A stretch of DNA of 64,000 nucleotides from contig NC_087437.1 of assembly GCF_036321535.1 (NCBI RefSeq), forward strand, positions 75,394,001 through 75,458,000. The letters are read 5' to 3'. Origin of the DNA: Camelus dromedarius. Its lineage: Eukaryota. The notes beneath the pieces are model-generated. The model saw only the letters and a list, made by a program, of their open reading frames with translations. It did not search any database and was not told where the DNA came from. A program made the translations under genes and the position numbers. Shown piece after piece: positions 11,401-26,200 of this stretch. Every line of letters begins with the position of its first letter. The stretch's first letter is position 1.

Positions 11401-14171
11401 GGCAAGGAATACTTACCATTCACAGTTCAAACTGTAACTGATTTAAAATGGTGGCATGGCTGTGAAATATTTTATCATTATTTATTTTTAAGGGGCGTAG
11501 CCCAATACAATAGGAACCTAGGAAACAAAGATTCTTTTAAAATCATTCACTTCCTCAAAATTACCAACAGTGCTGAGTGAGCCCATTTCAATTAACACTG
11601 TGAGAACGTGAGAGAATAACTGCCACTGGGGGAGGGATGTTCCTCCTGTTGAATTGTCACAGCATCGCTCAGCTGGCCCCAAGCCTGCTGTCATGTTTAA
11701 TGAGGGGATCGATGATGGTCGATTGGATTGTCCTCTTCATTTGGTGATGGTGACAGGTCCTGTACACATGCTGAATGGAAGAGAGCAAACAACGGTTCTG
11801 CTTGTCAACCCAGGGTGAACTAAGATCAAATGTCCCCATTGTTGCCCAAACATTGGAAGCGTCTCTGATTTGCATGGACCCTTTTTGCCTAGACATTTTT
11901 GTTGGTTTTTAGTTTAGCCCTTCTCTCGGGTCTTCAGCGATGTTGGAAATTTACTATTCTATACTTCCCCCATCTTCCCTCTTGTAGTCCCATTTGTTGG
12001 GCAGATGTCATTCTCTTGCCAGTTGTTAGCCAGAAACCAATAGCCTGGCTTTTTGCTTTTTTCTGTTCTTGATTTAAGTAGATGAAACAACTCAAGCCAA
12101 GCAAATAGATAGTTAATAGGTTGCACAAGCTGGGGTATTGCAGAGGATGGATGAGGTCTGGAGATGGAAGATGGAGATATGTGTGAAGTTATGTTGCAAC
12201 GAGACCTACAGTAATTAAGAGCTTACTCACAAAGGAGAGGTTTTATTTAGCCTCTAAATGGAGACAAATTAGAGGCATTCAAAGTTACAAAAGGTGCTTT
12301 CATAGCAAAAAGCAATCGGCCTCTTCATTTTTCACTCAGCCCATAACACAGGAACAGTGGGTCACTCAGTGAGAGCTGGAGGCAGTACATTTGAAAAGAT
12401 AAAAGGGAAGAGTATTTTATACTCTGTGGGTATAACTTGTAGAATTTACTGCTGGCAAGACCATTGAGAAAACGATTTTAGTTGGAAATAATAGTGAAAT
12501 CTAGTTAGTGACATGCAGGTAACCTCATGAATTCTAAATTCGGCCTACGAATAAAAAATATTCAGCCCAGCTCTATTTATTAGAAGATGCTTGTATATTA
12601 ACAAGTGCATCAGAGCACTCATAATAATAGTATTAATATGGTATTGTCTGAGGGAATGCTGCTTTCTTAAAGGACCATATTTGGAGCAGGTTACACCCTC
12701 AAACTATATGCCCACAGGATGCTTCCAGTAGCTGTGATTTAATCAGCACACCACTGATTTTGGGAGGCATGTGAGTTCCTTTAGGCCACCAGGATCCTAT
12801 TAAGTGCTCCAGAAGAGCTAATCTAATCTACTGAATGGCCTGAAAGATCGAAAGCACCTCCAAACACAAGCAGCTCCTCCACTTCTCAACAGTGGGATCG
12901 GGGGACTGGGAATATTATTTCAGCTGCGCAGGAAAGGCAGGTGAAAGTGCTGGGCAGAGGGCAGGCAATTCTCTCTTTGCTCTGTGTTAAGCAGCATTTT
13001 CGCCTGGCTGATAAATTACTTCCAGCTGTTGGCAACAATTTTCTCCTCATCATGGCAGGAGCGAGAGACCCTGGCAAACGTTGAAGAGCAGCGCGAGTCG
13101 CTGATTAAATCCAAGATCCAGCTGGAGGCCAGAGTCAAGGCGCTGTCTGAGAAGGTGGAGGAAAAAGAGAAGATAAATTCCGAGCTGACTGCCAGGGGGC
13201 GGAAACTCGAAGATGAATGTTTCGAGCTGAAGAAAGAAATAGATGACCTGGAAACACTATTGGCCAAGGCACAGAAGGAGAAGCATGCTACCGAGCACAA
13301 GGTACTTTCTCTACAATGTCAGGGACGCCTATGTGCCTGAGTTGCACGCTTCCAATCAGGCTTCGGGACTAGGCCTGCTCTGTTTAAGTCATCTAGCACG
13401 GTGGCCCGCAGCTGTACAGCTCTGGGGGTCAGAACTGGCAGAAAATGAAGGGTCTGATGAGCTGCGCTGTCCTAATTCAAATTTCCAGCTCGAATTTATG
13501 GAATCCCTCTTAATCTCCCAAATGAAACGTTTTCATTTGTTCCAGTCTCATTGCATCTGAAATCTAATGGAAAGAGCCAAGTGGTTTCATTGGGCCCCTA
13601 AGTATCCTTTTTTGGAAGGGGAGCAGGCAGGAGGCAGTTTACTGAAAGGTGATTTGGGATGCGTCTAAATCCCTACCTCTGTCGTTGATTTGGAGTTTGA
13701 CCTTGAATATGTCATTTTATGTTTTAATGTTTTGTTCATTTTAGTTGTTTGTTTATTTTAACTTGTGCATCTGTGTAGAGACTGAAGTTAGCTGAGGAGT
13801 CTGTTTCAAACCTCTGAAAAAAAACAAAAAACCAGGCTCCAGAATAATACCGTAATTTCAGCAGATGATTAAATAGCAACTCTTGTACCATCGGTTCTCT
13901 TTCATAAAAAAGCGCGCAGGCCTGATATAATTGGCTTCCATTTTTGCCTATTTTGTCAGCTGGGACTCTTCTTTGCCTTCTGTTTTCTTAGGATACTGAG
14001 GCACAACAGGATTAACACGTGCCCTGAACACTCAAAAGAAAGCTAAATTGCCTTCAGTGGTGTCCCTGTTATACAATAATACAACACTGAAAATTGGCCA
14101 TCCAGTCACCTATGTTGATAATATTTGATTAACCAGAATACCCTATTCCCTGCCCAGGACAGATAACATCA

Positions 14172-14214
<43 letters not shown>

Positions 14215-17200
14215 GAAAAAGTGAATTTAGAGTTTTAAAAAGTGTATCTGGAATTTGGCTGAATTTGGTTCTTTATGAAAGTAGATACCTCATGAGATTT
14301 TTGGTCCTAGAAGAGAGAGGAGACGGCCCTGAGCGTTATGCCCCACCTTCCAGTGGTGGCTCTCACGGAGCTGGTGTTGGCTTCTTCCCTCAGGTCAAGA
14401 ACCTGGCCGAGGAAGTGGAGTCTCTCAACGAGGAAATCGGCAAACTCCACAGAGCAGCCAAGGCTGGGCAGGAGGCCCACCAGCGGACCCTGGATGACCT
14501 GCGCGCAGAGGAGGAGAAACTCCGCACCTTGAGCAAAGCCATGCTGACCTTGGAGCAGCATGTGAATGAGGTCAGTAGTGATGCATCTCGCTAGTTAGCT
14601 GTCTGTCTGCATATATACAGACCAGTCTTCACTTAGTTAATCTGCCTTGACATTTTCAGGAAAACTTAACACTGTTAGTTTCTCTCATGATTTAGAAATA
14701 GAGGGGTTTTTTTCTTAACGTACACGGAACCGCTATAGTAGAGGAGAGGCCCCAGCGTGTAATCTGTCAGCTTTAAAATGCAACTTCCACACAACCGGGG
14801 CAGTGGGAGAAGAACATGGAGATGAGTCATAAAGGGGTATCACTCTAAGTGGCTGCCAAGTCCCCACAGAACCTGGTATTTTACCCCACAAATATGTTGG
14901 TCCTCAATCTGACACTAGTATTGAAGAATTACTTGAAAGGCCCTATTGTGTCCCCAGGGGTGTACTGAGGTTTATTTATCGTCAAAAAATATGTAAGTCA
15001 CAGCTGTGTTCTACCTACACTATTGGAAAATGCTTGTAAAATTCTGCCCCTGTTCTGCCTCCATACATGCTCTGAAATAAAGATGTTTCAGACCAGTCTC
15101 CATGGGTAGGTCCATCGGTCCTCCTGCCTTCTCCCAGCTGATGGAGTGTATGCAGTCACTGTTTGCTTAGTCCCCAAAGCTTAGCCTTTACAGAATTGCT
15201 GACAAGGGTGGTTAGGTTTTTTTTGATTATCTGCTTCTTTTTCCTCATGTGTCTCCATCAGTTTCCTCTATTATGTATTAGTTGTCTCACTCTTCCGATT
15301 TCCACTGATGTGTATCTCACAAGGCCTCAGTACGGGGGTTTATTGGTGTTTGTGTGATCACACACACACACACACACTCACACTCATATACACATTCTCA
15401 CACACTTGTTCTCTCTCGGAGTTCATTTATTTTCAGGTTTTTACATACACCTTCCCAAAAGAAATTCTCCCTTCTCCTCCACTTGAATTTTACATCTTTT
15501 GCAGGTTACAGGAAAGAGCTTCTATTGCGGCAAACCTAGCCATGAAAAAATAGCTGTATAGTAACTGTTATCTCGCCTCCTGCTAAACCAACCTCGATAT
15601 TGTTGTTGGCAATACTAATCCAGACATAACTGGAATGTTGTGATCACCTTGGCGGGGGTACCAGAATATGACATAATGTTATGGGCTAGAGAGAGGATCT
15701 CAAGGTGGTGAAGGAGGTATGGAAATCATGCCACATGAGATGTCTTTGAAAGTGTCGGAGATACTGAGTTGGGAGATTCCGGACAGCTGCCTGATGTTCA
15801 TGAATGATCATGCGGAGACAGATTCACCTGGTGGTGTTCCAGGGAGCAGAGCTTAGACTTGTGGGATGAATTTACAGAGAATGTTCTGGCTTCTTAAGAA
15901 GACGCACTCCCGAATAAATGGACTTATCCACCCATGAAATGAGCTGCCATGTGAAGAAGTGAGCTTCCCATCACTGGAAAGTGATCAAACATAGGCTCAC
16001 CAGCCATTTATTTTTGGTTCCTTCCATAGGCTAGAGCTGTATTCCTTAATCGCTTAAGTTTTCTTCTACCATTGTGTTATCGAGGTTCTTTTATTATCCT
16101 ATTGATGTGTGCAATATTTATTTAAAAATACCTACATAACTAGGCATCATTTACAGACTCTTCTTGTATTTTTCTTTCTTTTTTCAAGAAGGGAAGTGGT
16201 TAATGAACACCTGTAGTAAAGTATAAACTTTACCTATTTATTTGGCTAAGTAGTATCTCCTTTTGTCAGCTTGAGGGTGCCCTTGAGCAGGAGAGCAAAG
16301 TGAGAATGAACTGTGAAAGGGAAAATCGCAAACTGGAGGGCGACTTAAAGCTGAACCGGGAGAGCATGGAGCACCTGGAGAGCGGCCAGCGGCAGCTGGC
16401 AGAAAAGCTGAGGAGGTAAGCTGCCCTTCTGTTGATGTGAGATTCTGGGAGACCTTATCTTGGAAGGAATGGCTCTCTCACATAATTCATCCTCTTGACT
16501 CCAGGGACAGATGTCTCAGGACCTGAAGGGGAGGATGAGAAGGCTAACAAGTCTAGCATATTGATTTTCTTTTTGCTAGACTTTATGCATTTACTCTCTT
16601 TTTATAATTATATAACAACCTACAAGAAAGTAACTGAGAAGGCTGATGTGAATGAGAGGTGTGGGGCTTGTGATATGTGAACTACTGGAGTTTCAGATTA
16701 CAAGTCAAAAAATCAAAAAGGCTGACCACTTTTTCTCATGATGAGACCAATGGCACAAAAAGTAAAAAAATGAATAAGTAACAAATTAAAAAAAATTGAT
16801 CCTAAGGTGAAGTCCCATATACTCTCTGATCATTTAAACAAACAAATACAATATTGTGAATCAACTATACTTCAATAATTTTTTTAAATTAAAATGTACT
16901 CATTTGCCAGATATAACTTTATAACATTTATATAACTTTTTTGTCAAATAATTTACTATGCAAGTATTAAATCTTAAGTAAAACATAACATAATCAAAAT
17001 TAGTGGACCTTAGTTCACATGGATTCTCAAGGAGCTCCAGGCAAGGTGGCCCTCTCAGTTTGACTTCATCACTCAGTGAAATGGATTTTCTTACCTTGTG
17101 CCTTTGTCTTCCTCCACTTAGCTAGATGTTCTAACCATTAGGGATTTCCAAGTTATTTAGGATAGGTCAAACAAGACGGGGAAACAGTGAGGTCCAAGCG

Positions 17201-20200
17201 TGACATCTGGCCATGTTATAGCTGGGAGCACACCGGTGGTTGAAGCCACAGTAAAGAAGCAGAAAGTTGAGTGAGAGGCTGTGAGCTGCTGGCTTTCCTG
17301 GGTGTGTATGTGAGTCTCCATTTTACATGCTGGTGGTCAGACATGATTAATAGCCTACCAATAAGTTCCTGAACTTGGTAGGTGTTTGGCAAAGATGAAA
17401 TAAATAACCTTATGAATGTAATGAAACGGTGAAAGGCAAAATGATAATAGAGTTCCTTTAGCACTCAGTTTTGAAGACTGTGTTTCAGCTCCACAGAGTG
17501 AAAATTAGACTCCACATTTTTGTAGGCCACAGGTCAGAGGGCCCCAGCATTTTAGAAATTCATGTTTTCAGGAAGTGATAACTTTATTGTAAAAACCTTT
17601 CTCTAAATGGACTTAGATATAGATGGAAACTTAATACATGAAAAGGTGGTATTTTAAAATAGTGATGACAGGATAGAATATTTAATAAATAGTGCTGAGA
17701 TTGATAGCTATTCATCTTCTGAGGTGAAAGTTAAATTTCTTCCTCATACTATTCATACATACATAAAATCTAGTTGCATTACAGAATTAAATGTAAAAAT
17801 AAAGCTATAAAATCATTATTAGAAGATGCAGCATTATTCACAATAGCCAATAAATGCTGATTGATGGATGAATGGATAAAGAAAATGCAGTGTACATATA
17901 ATGGAATATTATTCAGCCTTTAAAAAGGAAGTCCTGGCATATGTGACAACACGTGCGAATATGGAAAACATCATGCTAAATGAAATGTCAGTCACAGAAG
18001 GATAAATACTGCTTGATTCCACTTATGTGAGGCATCTAGAACAGTCAAACTCATAGAAACAGAGTAGAACAGTGCTTGCCGGGGGTTGTGGGGAGAGGAA
18101 AATGGAGCTGCTGTTTAGTGGGTAGAAAGCTTCCATCATGCAAGATGATTAAGTTCTAGAGATCTGCTATACAATATTGTACCTAGAGTTAATGATATTG
18201 TATTGTACACTTAAATATTTGTTGAGAGAGTAGATCTCATATTAAACATTTTCAATAAAACAACAACAGAATCAAAATTCAAAGACAATATAGGTGTCTT
18301 AGGAACACCTATAGACTTAAGACAATAAGTCTTAGGAAATTAGCAGGTCAGACTCGTTGAATGAGTCACAAAAAGCCAAAGGCATAAAAGGAATATCTTG
18401 ATAAATTTGATGTTGATAGATCAACATTTTAAACATTTATGTGGCAAAAGCCAACATAAATAAAATTGAAGAAACTTATAAAGTGGGAGAAATATTTGCA
18501 ACTGATATCAAAAAAAATACCAAGATGTTAAAGGAAAATCTATAATTCAATAATTAGATGAACAACCTAACAGAAAAATGGGCAAAGGACATAAGTGGGC
18601 AGTTCATTTGTTTTACTGCCCATTTTAAAATCCTCATAGTTGACAGGAAACTGTTACCACTAGCAAACAAGGATATTCATATTAAAACGATGACATACTA
18701 ATCTGTTAGATTAGGAGAAACTTAGACATGTGGTAATTTTAAGTGTAAATGTAGCGAAATAACTTCACATTGCTATTGGAGGGCAAAGGGCAAGGTTATA
18801 ATTTAAACACATACCTATACCCAATGCAGCAAGTCCCTGCTCAGTATCCACTCTATAGAGATACTCACATGTACCCAAAGATGCATGTGTCTGAATAGTG
18901 TTATTTGTGAAAGTAAAACTTCATGGAAAACCTACGTGCTTAGTAATGGGGAAATGGATAAGTAAACCACATGAGTTCTGAAGCATAAGACTAGTGTGTC
19001 ACAGTTGACTTTTAGGTGAAGTCATCTACGTGTAGGCCAACATGGAAAAATGTCCATGTATTATTGGGTTAAAATGTTGTAGAACTACAAATACAAATGT
19101 ATACAATATTATACCTTTCACAGTAAAGAAAATGAAACTATTTCTACTGTTATATAAGCACAAACATATGTCAGTACTCAGAAAAATGTCTGGAAGTCTT
19201 CACATAACTGATTTTGGTGGTTACCTCTAGGGAAGGGAGAGAGATGGGGTTTGTTAGACAAGAAGACTTCAGATATAGATGTAATAGTTGAATTTCTACA
19301 ATGAAAATAAATTCATGTGACATTACTATAATGAAAAGAATATTTAGGCAAAATGTTACTACTATGAACAACTCCATTTAATGCCTCTTTCCCTAACAGG
19401 AAGGAATTAGAAATGAATCAGATGAGTTCAAAGGTGGAGAACGAGAAAGGCCTGGCGGCTCAACTTCAGAGGATGGTTAAAGAGCTCCAGGTAATCATTG
19501 ATCAAGTACCTGTGTGCACCTGGAGTTCAATCCATGGGTGATGATTGGCACCTCAGTGACAGATGCTCTGCCAAGGCAGCCATACCCCTAGCCAACAATA
19601 GGCAGAGACAGAAAAGAACAGTGGTTGAGAAGATAAACTGGCATTCTACAGATATGTGCATCCAGAGAAAATTACTGTTTAAGCTTAGATTTCCTTATCA
19701 CGAAGATAATGACAACAAATAGCTAATTTGTTGAATGTCAGACATAAACTTGGTTTGTGCTAAAATCCTGGACATGCATATTTTTACTCATTGACCCTCC
19801 TGACAACCTTTGAGCTAAAATTAAATGCAACAGGATGTTTAAGTGGTAAGCTCAGTGCCTGACCTCTGGTATGCATTCAATGTAGCAATTTAATTTTTTA
19901 CGATGATTAGTCTTTGTTATTAGAAGACAATTATGCTGAAAATCTGTTTTGTAACTACTTGTAGCCTCAAAACATTTGATAACGGGCGGCTATTTATAAG
20001 TTTTAGACCTTGTGAAGGTTTTATACTCTATGACTATGTTATAAAGTAATTTAAAACATGGATACATGTAACTCCTCACAAATACATGCAGATAGATTTG
20101 TTTTGCTTGTTTTGGAGCTAAATATTTATCTCACCAATGTAACTATTACTCAGAATAATTATAGAACTTTTCCCTGATAATTAGCTTCTGAGACATTTTG

Positions 20201-23200
20201 AACCAAATAAGAAAACCAGTCTCACTGGTTTATGGATGTGCTTTCAGACACAATATTAATCTCCAAGCAATTATCTATCATATTCACCAGATTCGTCTTC
20301 AAATGACACTTGAATTTATGCAAAAAAAAATTTCAATCTGTCCAAAAGATAAATTTCTTAACTTGATCATTAAAAAAATACTCCAAAGATTATTTTTGAA
20401 GAAATGTTTCAGAAATGTTTTGTTCAATGACAGTATTATTTGGAATAAAGGTATTGGATCCCAAGATAACCAGTTGGAAGGGGATCACGATTACCTGGAT
20501 ATGGACATCATAATAACTTTTTCAGCATCGTCTCTGTCACAACTCATCTACAGAACTGATAGCCGTACTTATTTGGTATGAGCTAGAAATTAGCTTCCCC
20601 TAAGCAATCATACTCTTATTTAATGGGAAGGAAAAGACATTCTAAAACAGATTTTATCCTTTTCTTCTCCTGCCCTAACCTATGCCTAATTATTTAAGGT
20701 GATGTTAATGAACATTATTTTACTGTGCTGCCCCACAATGATGCTATAAAGATTTGTATAGCTATTTGCCCTTATTCTGAAAGAGTTTTTGGCTCTGAGA
20801 GCTCTTATCACTACTTTTTAGTTTGGTCTAATTCTGCTTCTAATGATATCAGATTCCTATTCAATTTCTTAGTCCCATTCCTCTACCAACTTTAATTTGT
20901 TACTTCAAATGTCCTGCTACTTGAAATCACCTTCAGGCTAAGAAACCAAGTAACCAGGTGTGTCAGAATTGTGTATAAAATTAAATTGATACTGTTTCTT
21001 ATGAGTTAGCTGCTTGAACTTGGAGATACTTAGTCTATTGATCGGATTTTTGCCCAAGTTTTCCCTAGTTTAGATTGTCAGGTAAACAAAATCCAGATGA
21101 GTGAGGTAGCATACATAAAATTTATCATATTGTTTTTTATAAACTCTCTTTAAATTTTTTTCTTGTTATATGAAAGATGTTTTCTATTCCCTTGGAAAGT
21201 GCTCTTTATTAAATTTCCCCTTCATAATTAAATGAGCTTGCTTACCACCAAAGGCTGGGAGATGGGGAGGAACTGCACATTTTGATTCTGGTCTTAATAC
21301 TGGTTTGGAGCAGATCACTTGATTTCTGTGTATTCTATCTTCTTTAACTAGAAAATGGGAACCAGAAATGTTGTTGTTGTTCTTGGTTGTGAGAAATTTT
21401 TTTAAAGGTACAGTAAAGCTCTTGAATATAAAATATGCTACAAGTGCTTAGTGAAAGTCAAAATTCTGTATTGCTACAGATTCAGATACAGGATTTGAAA
21501 GAGGAACTGGAGGCTGAAAGGACCACTCGAGCCAAGGGAGAGAGGGAGAGAGCTGACCTCACCCAAGAGCTGGAAGACTTGAATGAGAGGCTGGAGGAGG
21601 CAGGAGGGGCCAGTTTGGCTCAGCTGGAGATAACTAAGAAACAAGAAGCAAAATTCCAGAAGCTTCGCCGAGACATGGAAGAGGCCACACTGCACTTTGA
21701 GGCAACTTCTGCTTCTTTGAGAAAGAGACATGCAGACAGCCTGGCTGAGCTGGAGAGCCAGGTAGAACATCTCCAACAGGTCAAGCAGACGTTGGAAAAA
21801 GACAAGAGTGACTTGCAGCTCGAAGTGAATGACCTCCTGACCCACATTGAGCAGACAGCCAGAGCTAAGGTAATACACATTGCCAAGCACTCCTTGAGGA
21901 TTTAGAACATGGAAGCAGTCAGAGGAGGGAAAGGAAAAGAAAACTAAACCAGGCTGGGGACTCAAGGTTATTTGCTAGTGGGGCTGTAGTGCTTCTCTCA
22001 TGAAGGACGACTTTGAGTTGGGAGCATCTCTTAGGAAAGGCTCAGGTGCTTGGAGTCTGTCTGAAGGAATGGTGGCACACACAGTCTTGCGGGGAGGAGG
22101 GAATTTTTTCTCCTTTATGTTCTTTAGCATCTCTTTAATGGGCCAGTGCTAGAAGAAAGTTTATCTCATGTTCTTTCTTCACTGAGTCCATTAATCTCTA
22201 TACTGCCAGCTCTTATCTCAAATGATTAGCATCAGATCACAGGTAAGGGCCATCCTACCTTCTAGCAGATGAGAGGAGGCTTGCTGAGGTCAAGGAGAGC
22301 AAAGAGCTGGTGCCAAGTTCTCCTCATGAGCAGAATTTGTAATCATCTGGGAAAGAGATAAACCAACAATAAAGCTTGACCTTCATTGATGGTGGCCATA
22401 AAAATGTAGAATTTCTTCAAATACTAAGTGGCTCTGAAAATATTTAGCGTTAATTTCCTTTAAAGACCACATTGAGTAGAAAGAAACACAACGACCCTGC
22501 TCTTCTCTCTCCTCTTTCTCTCCATTACCCCTGCCATCCCACCTCCAACTGTCTTAAAATATGAATCTAGTGAGGACTTAGGTCCTCTCTTCCTCCATCT
22601 CTTCTGTGTTCTGCATTTTGTATGGATTCTGTCTTCAACTCAGCAATGAAAACATTCTCACTCTATGCCCTGAAGGCTTCAGTTTTCTTCCTCAGCCCCA
22701 TGGAGCCCTGGAAGACCTTACTCTCTCCATACTCTTGGCCTTTCTTTTATCCTCAGGAACTCTTCTGTTTCTGTACATTTTAGTAGGAAGTCATAAAATC
22801 ATAAAATCAAACTGTTGATAGGTTCACCATAAATCCATACTAGTTAGGTGTGAATTTTATAGTGTCTGACTTCCTCTAGAATTTCATTGCTTCTTAGAAA
22901 TTTTTTATTCCTCTAACTCACTTTCTTTTATTTAAAAAGAGAAACAAAATCTTCAGATTCTATCCTGCCTTTCTGAATCCATGCTTTTAATAAATGTTAA
23001 GACCTAAATGACAAGATCAAGACCATTCATTATAATTTCTCTCTTCACTTTATAAGTTATTCACTCAATCCATGTCTTTCCTCCTTGTTCCAAAGAATAA
23101 AATATTCTACAGCATAATCATTATTCACCCATTCCAGAAGACAAACAAAAAACCATGATAAAAGACTTTTCTTCAGATATTAAGGATGGTATTTTGAGAG

Positions 23201-26200
23201 AAAAGCAAAGTCTGTCCAAATCTATCTTAATCTGATTTCTTGACCAAAGAGTGATGTTCAGTCATCTATTGATATATCACTCCAAAACCTTGTAGCTTAG
23301 AACAACATTTTATTATTATCTCTCTTGGTTCTGTGGGTTGACAGGCTTAACTCAGATGGCAATTGAGACTAGAATCAGCTGAAGGTTTAATCACTCATGT
23401 ATCTGGCTCCTGGGCTGAGATATTTAGAACTGTTGGGGGCTGGTTGGAAATCTCTCTCTCCATGTGATCTCTCCATGTGACTAGCTTGGGTTTCCTAAGG
23501 AGTTGGACTTCTCACATGGCAACTCAAGGCACTAAAAGCAAGTATTCCAGGAGACCAAAGCAGAAGCTGCAAAGATTCTCGTGAAGGAGGCTTACAAAGC
23601 AGTGGAGTGATTCTGTGTGACTCCCAGCAGTGCTGAGTCACAGAGGTAGGGGTCTACACATGGGTGCAAGTACGGAGACGGTGGCTCATTGGTGGGCCGC
23701 CTTTAGAGACTAGCTCCCACACATAGGTGTATACCTCACTACCTCCTTACTCCTTTAACCCCTGCAAAGTCTTTTCATTCCTCTGATTATCTTAAAAGTA
23801 TTTTCTTGATATGTTCTTTCAAAGATCAGTAATATCTCCCTTTCCTCAAATTAGAATGTCTAAAACCAAACTTATCACCTTCTCCTGAAGCTGACACATC
23901 TCCTGTGGACATTTTTGTCACCAGCACACTCTTTCTACCCAAAGCCTGTCATTGATTACTTGTTTCCTCTTGTGTTCTTTTCTGTCTGATCAGTTATTAA
24001 CAGTAGGTCAATTTTGCACTGTCTTGTAACTTTTCGTGTCATTCCCACTCACCCGTAGGACTTTCATTATCTTTTGACTGGACTACTGCAGTGGTTTCCT
24101 AAATTATCTTTCTTTTTGCTACTAGTCTGTCTTTTTTCCAATCTATTTTATATAGTACCCATATGAATATTTCGAGACATGGCTTTATTGAATCACGTCC
24201 CTGCTTCAAAGTGAACTCCAAACTTCCACCCTTCAAGGAACCATCTGGCCTGTAATCTGACTCCCTTGCCCTGCCAATTTTAGATTTCATTACTTTGTTT
24301 CCCGAACCTTCCACTTACCCAAGCTAGAATGCTTGCCTTCTACCAAATATCCATTTTTCCACCAATATGCCTTTTTCAACCTAAACCATCTCCCTGGAGT
24401 GCTCAAGTTCAACTTCCCTTATGAAAATGTTATTTGTTTCTGAATTCCTTTTTTAAAAATATATTTTTATTGAAGTAGAGTCAGTTTACAATGTGTCAAT
24501 TTCTAGTGTACAGCACAGTGCTTCAGTCATATAGAAACATACATATATTCGTTTTCATATTCTTTTTCATGTAAGTTACTATAAGATAATTGAATATAGT
24601 TCCCTGTGCTATACAGTATAAACTTACTGTTTATTTATTTTATATATATTAGTTAGTATCTGCAAATCTCTAACTCCCAATTTATTCCTTCCTACACTCT
24701 TCCCCGCTGGTGACCATAAGTTTGTTTCCTATGTCTGTGAGTCTGTTTCTGTTTTGTAAATAAGTTGGTTTGTGTTTTTGTTTTGGTTTTTTTTTTAGAT
24801 TCCACATATAAGTGATATCATATGGTATTTTTCTTTTTCTTTCTGACTTAATTCACCTAGAATGACATTCTCCAGGTCCATCCATGTTGCTGCAAATGGC
24901 ATTATTTTATTATTTTTTATGGCTGAGTAGTATTCCATCATCCAAAAGTCTACAAATGATAAATGCTGGAGAGGCTGTGGATAAAAGGGAACCCTGGTAC
25001 ATTGTTGATGGGAATGTAGTTTGGTACAGCCGTTACGGAAAATAGTATGGAGATTCCTCAAAAGACTAGAAATAGACTTACCATATGATCCAGCAATCCC
25101 ATTCCTGGGCATATATCCAGAGGGAACCTTAATTCAAAAAGATACATGCACCCCAATGTTTATAGCAGCATTATTTACAATAGCCAAGACATGGGAACAA
25201 CCTAAATGTCCATCAACAGATGACTGGATAAAGAAGCTTTATACAATGTTTCTGAATTCTTGTAGCACTTTTGGGGTCCCCCTTGTCCTGCTGCCTTGTG
25301 TAGTCTTTTTACTCTATTTAAATAGACAACATCTCTAAGGCAGAAACTAGGTCTTTTCTTACTCATGTTTACTACATGCTTTCTGTAACCTATACACTCA
25401 GTTACTAGCATTGATTTTTACATATGCCTCTTGGGATTTCTGTGGCTTACAGGTTCACTGATTTGTCCAAGGTTACAAAATCTGCATGACAGAGATGGGC
25501 CTCAGCTCCAATCCTGTGTATGTCTGTGGGCAACCACATTCTGCTGCTGCCTTACATATTTGTTGGTGGGATCAGCTGATTCTGTTCACTCTCATAGGCA
25601 GATCCATTATGCTGAACTTTTTCTTAAATTGTTTACTTCATCTTTTCCTGAATTATAATGCCAGAAATGCCAATACTCAGTGGGACAGTGGAAACCGAAG
25701 CATTTTCTAAAGCATATTACGCTGACAGAGAGGCCCAGGGCAATTTAGAAGTTTGAGGCAATCTCACAATTATCTTGATTATTTTGAATTCCCATTGGTT
25801 TCTGAGTTTCTATGAGAGAGCGATTTTATGCATCATTTTAAGAACCAGTTTTAGGATGAATGTACATTATTCCATTAACTTCTTCCTTCCTGGTGTCAAA
25901 CTTTTGTGTCTATCTTTACACTTAAATTTGAAGTTCTTTTGCAGGTACCACTCTTTTGCCGTAACCCTGCACAAGCCACCTTTAGACAAACAATCTCATT
26001 GTCTCTTGAAGATCCAGCTTATGAAAACACTTGTTCAATTAAAAACACTCTACCAGTGTTAACAGTGCCCATGTATCTCTACCATTTAAGCTGTGTCTAA
26101 AGGCAAGTGCCTTGGCCCAGCTGGGCTTTCCCACACAGGCTTCTCTTGAAAACTGGGCGTTTTATGGCTCCTTCAACTTGCCATTTCCATACCACTGACT

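Noticed and set aside
21474..21965. Long antisense ORFs over exons (also 9091, 13016, 39025, 42583, 54422, 61933)
   Set aside because: Shadows of myosin rod codon usage on the opposite strand; no independent gene signals
24795..25338. 105-aa ORFs on both strands
   Set aside because: L1 ORF2 C-terminus and its antisense reading across the inversion junction; not host genes
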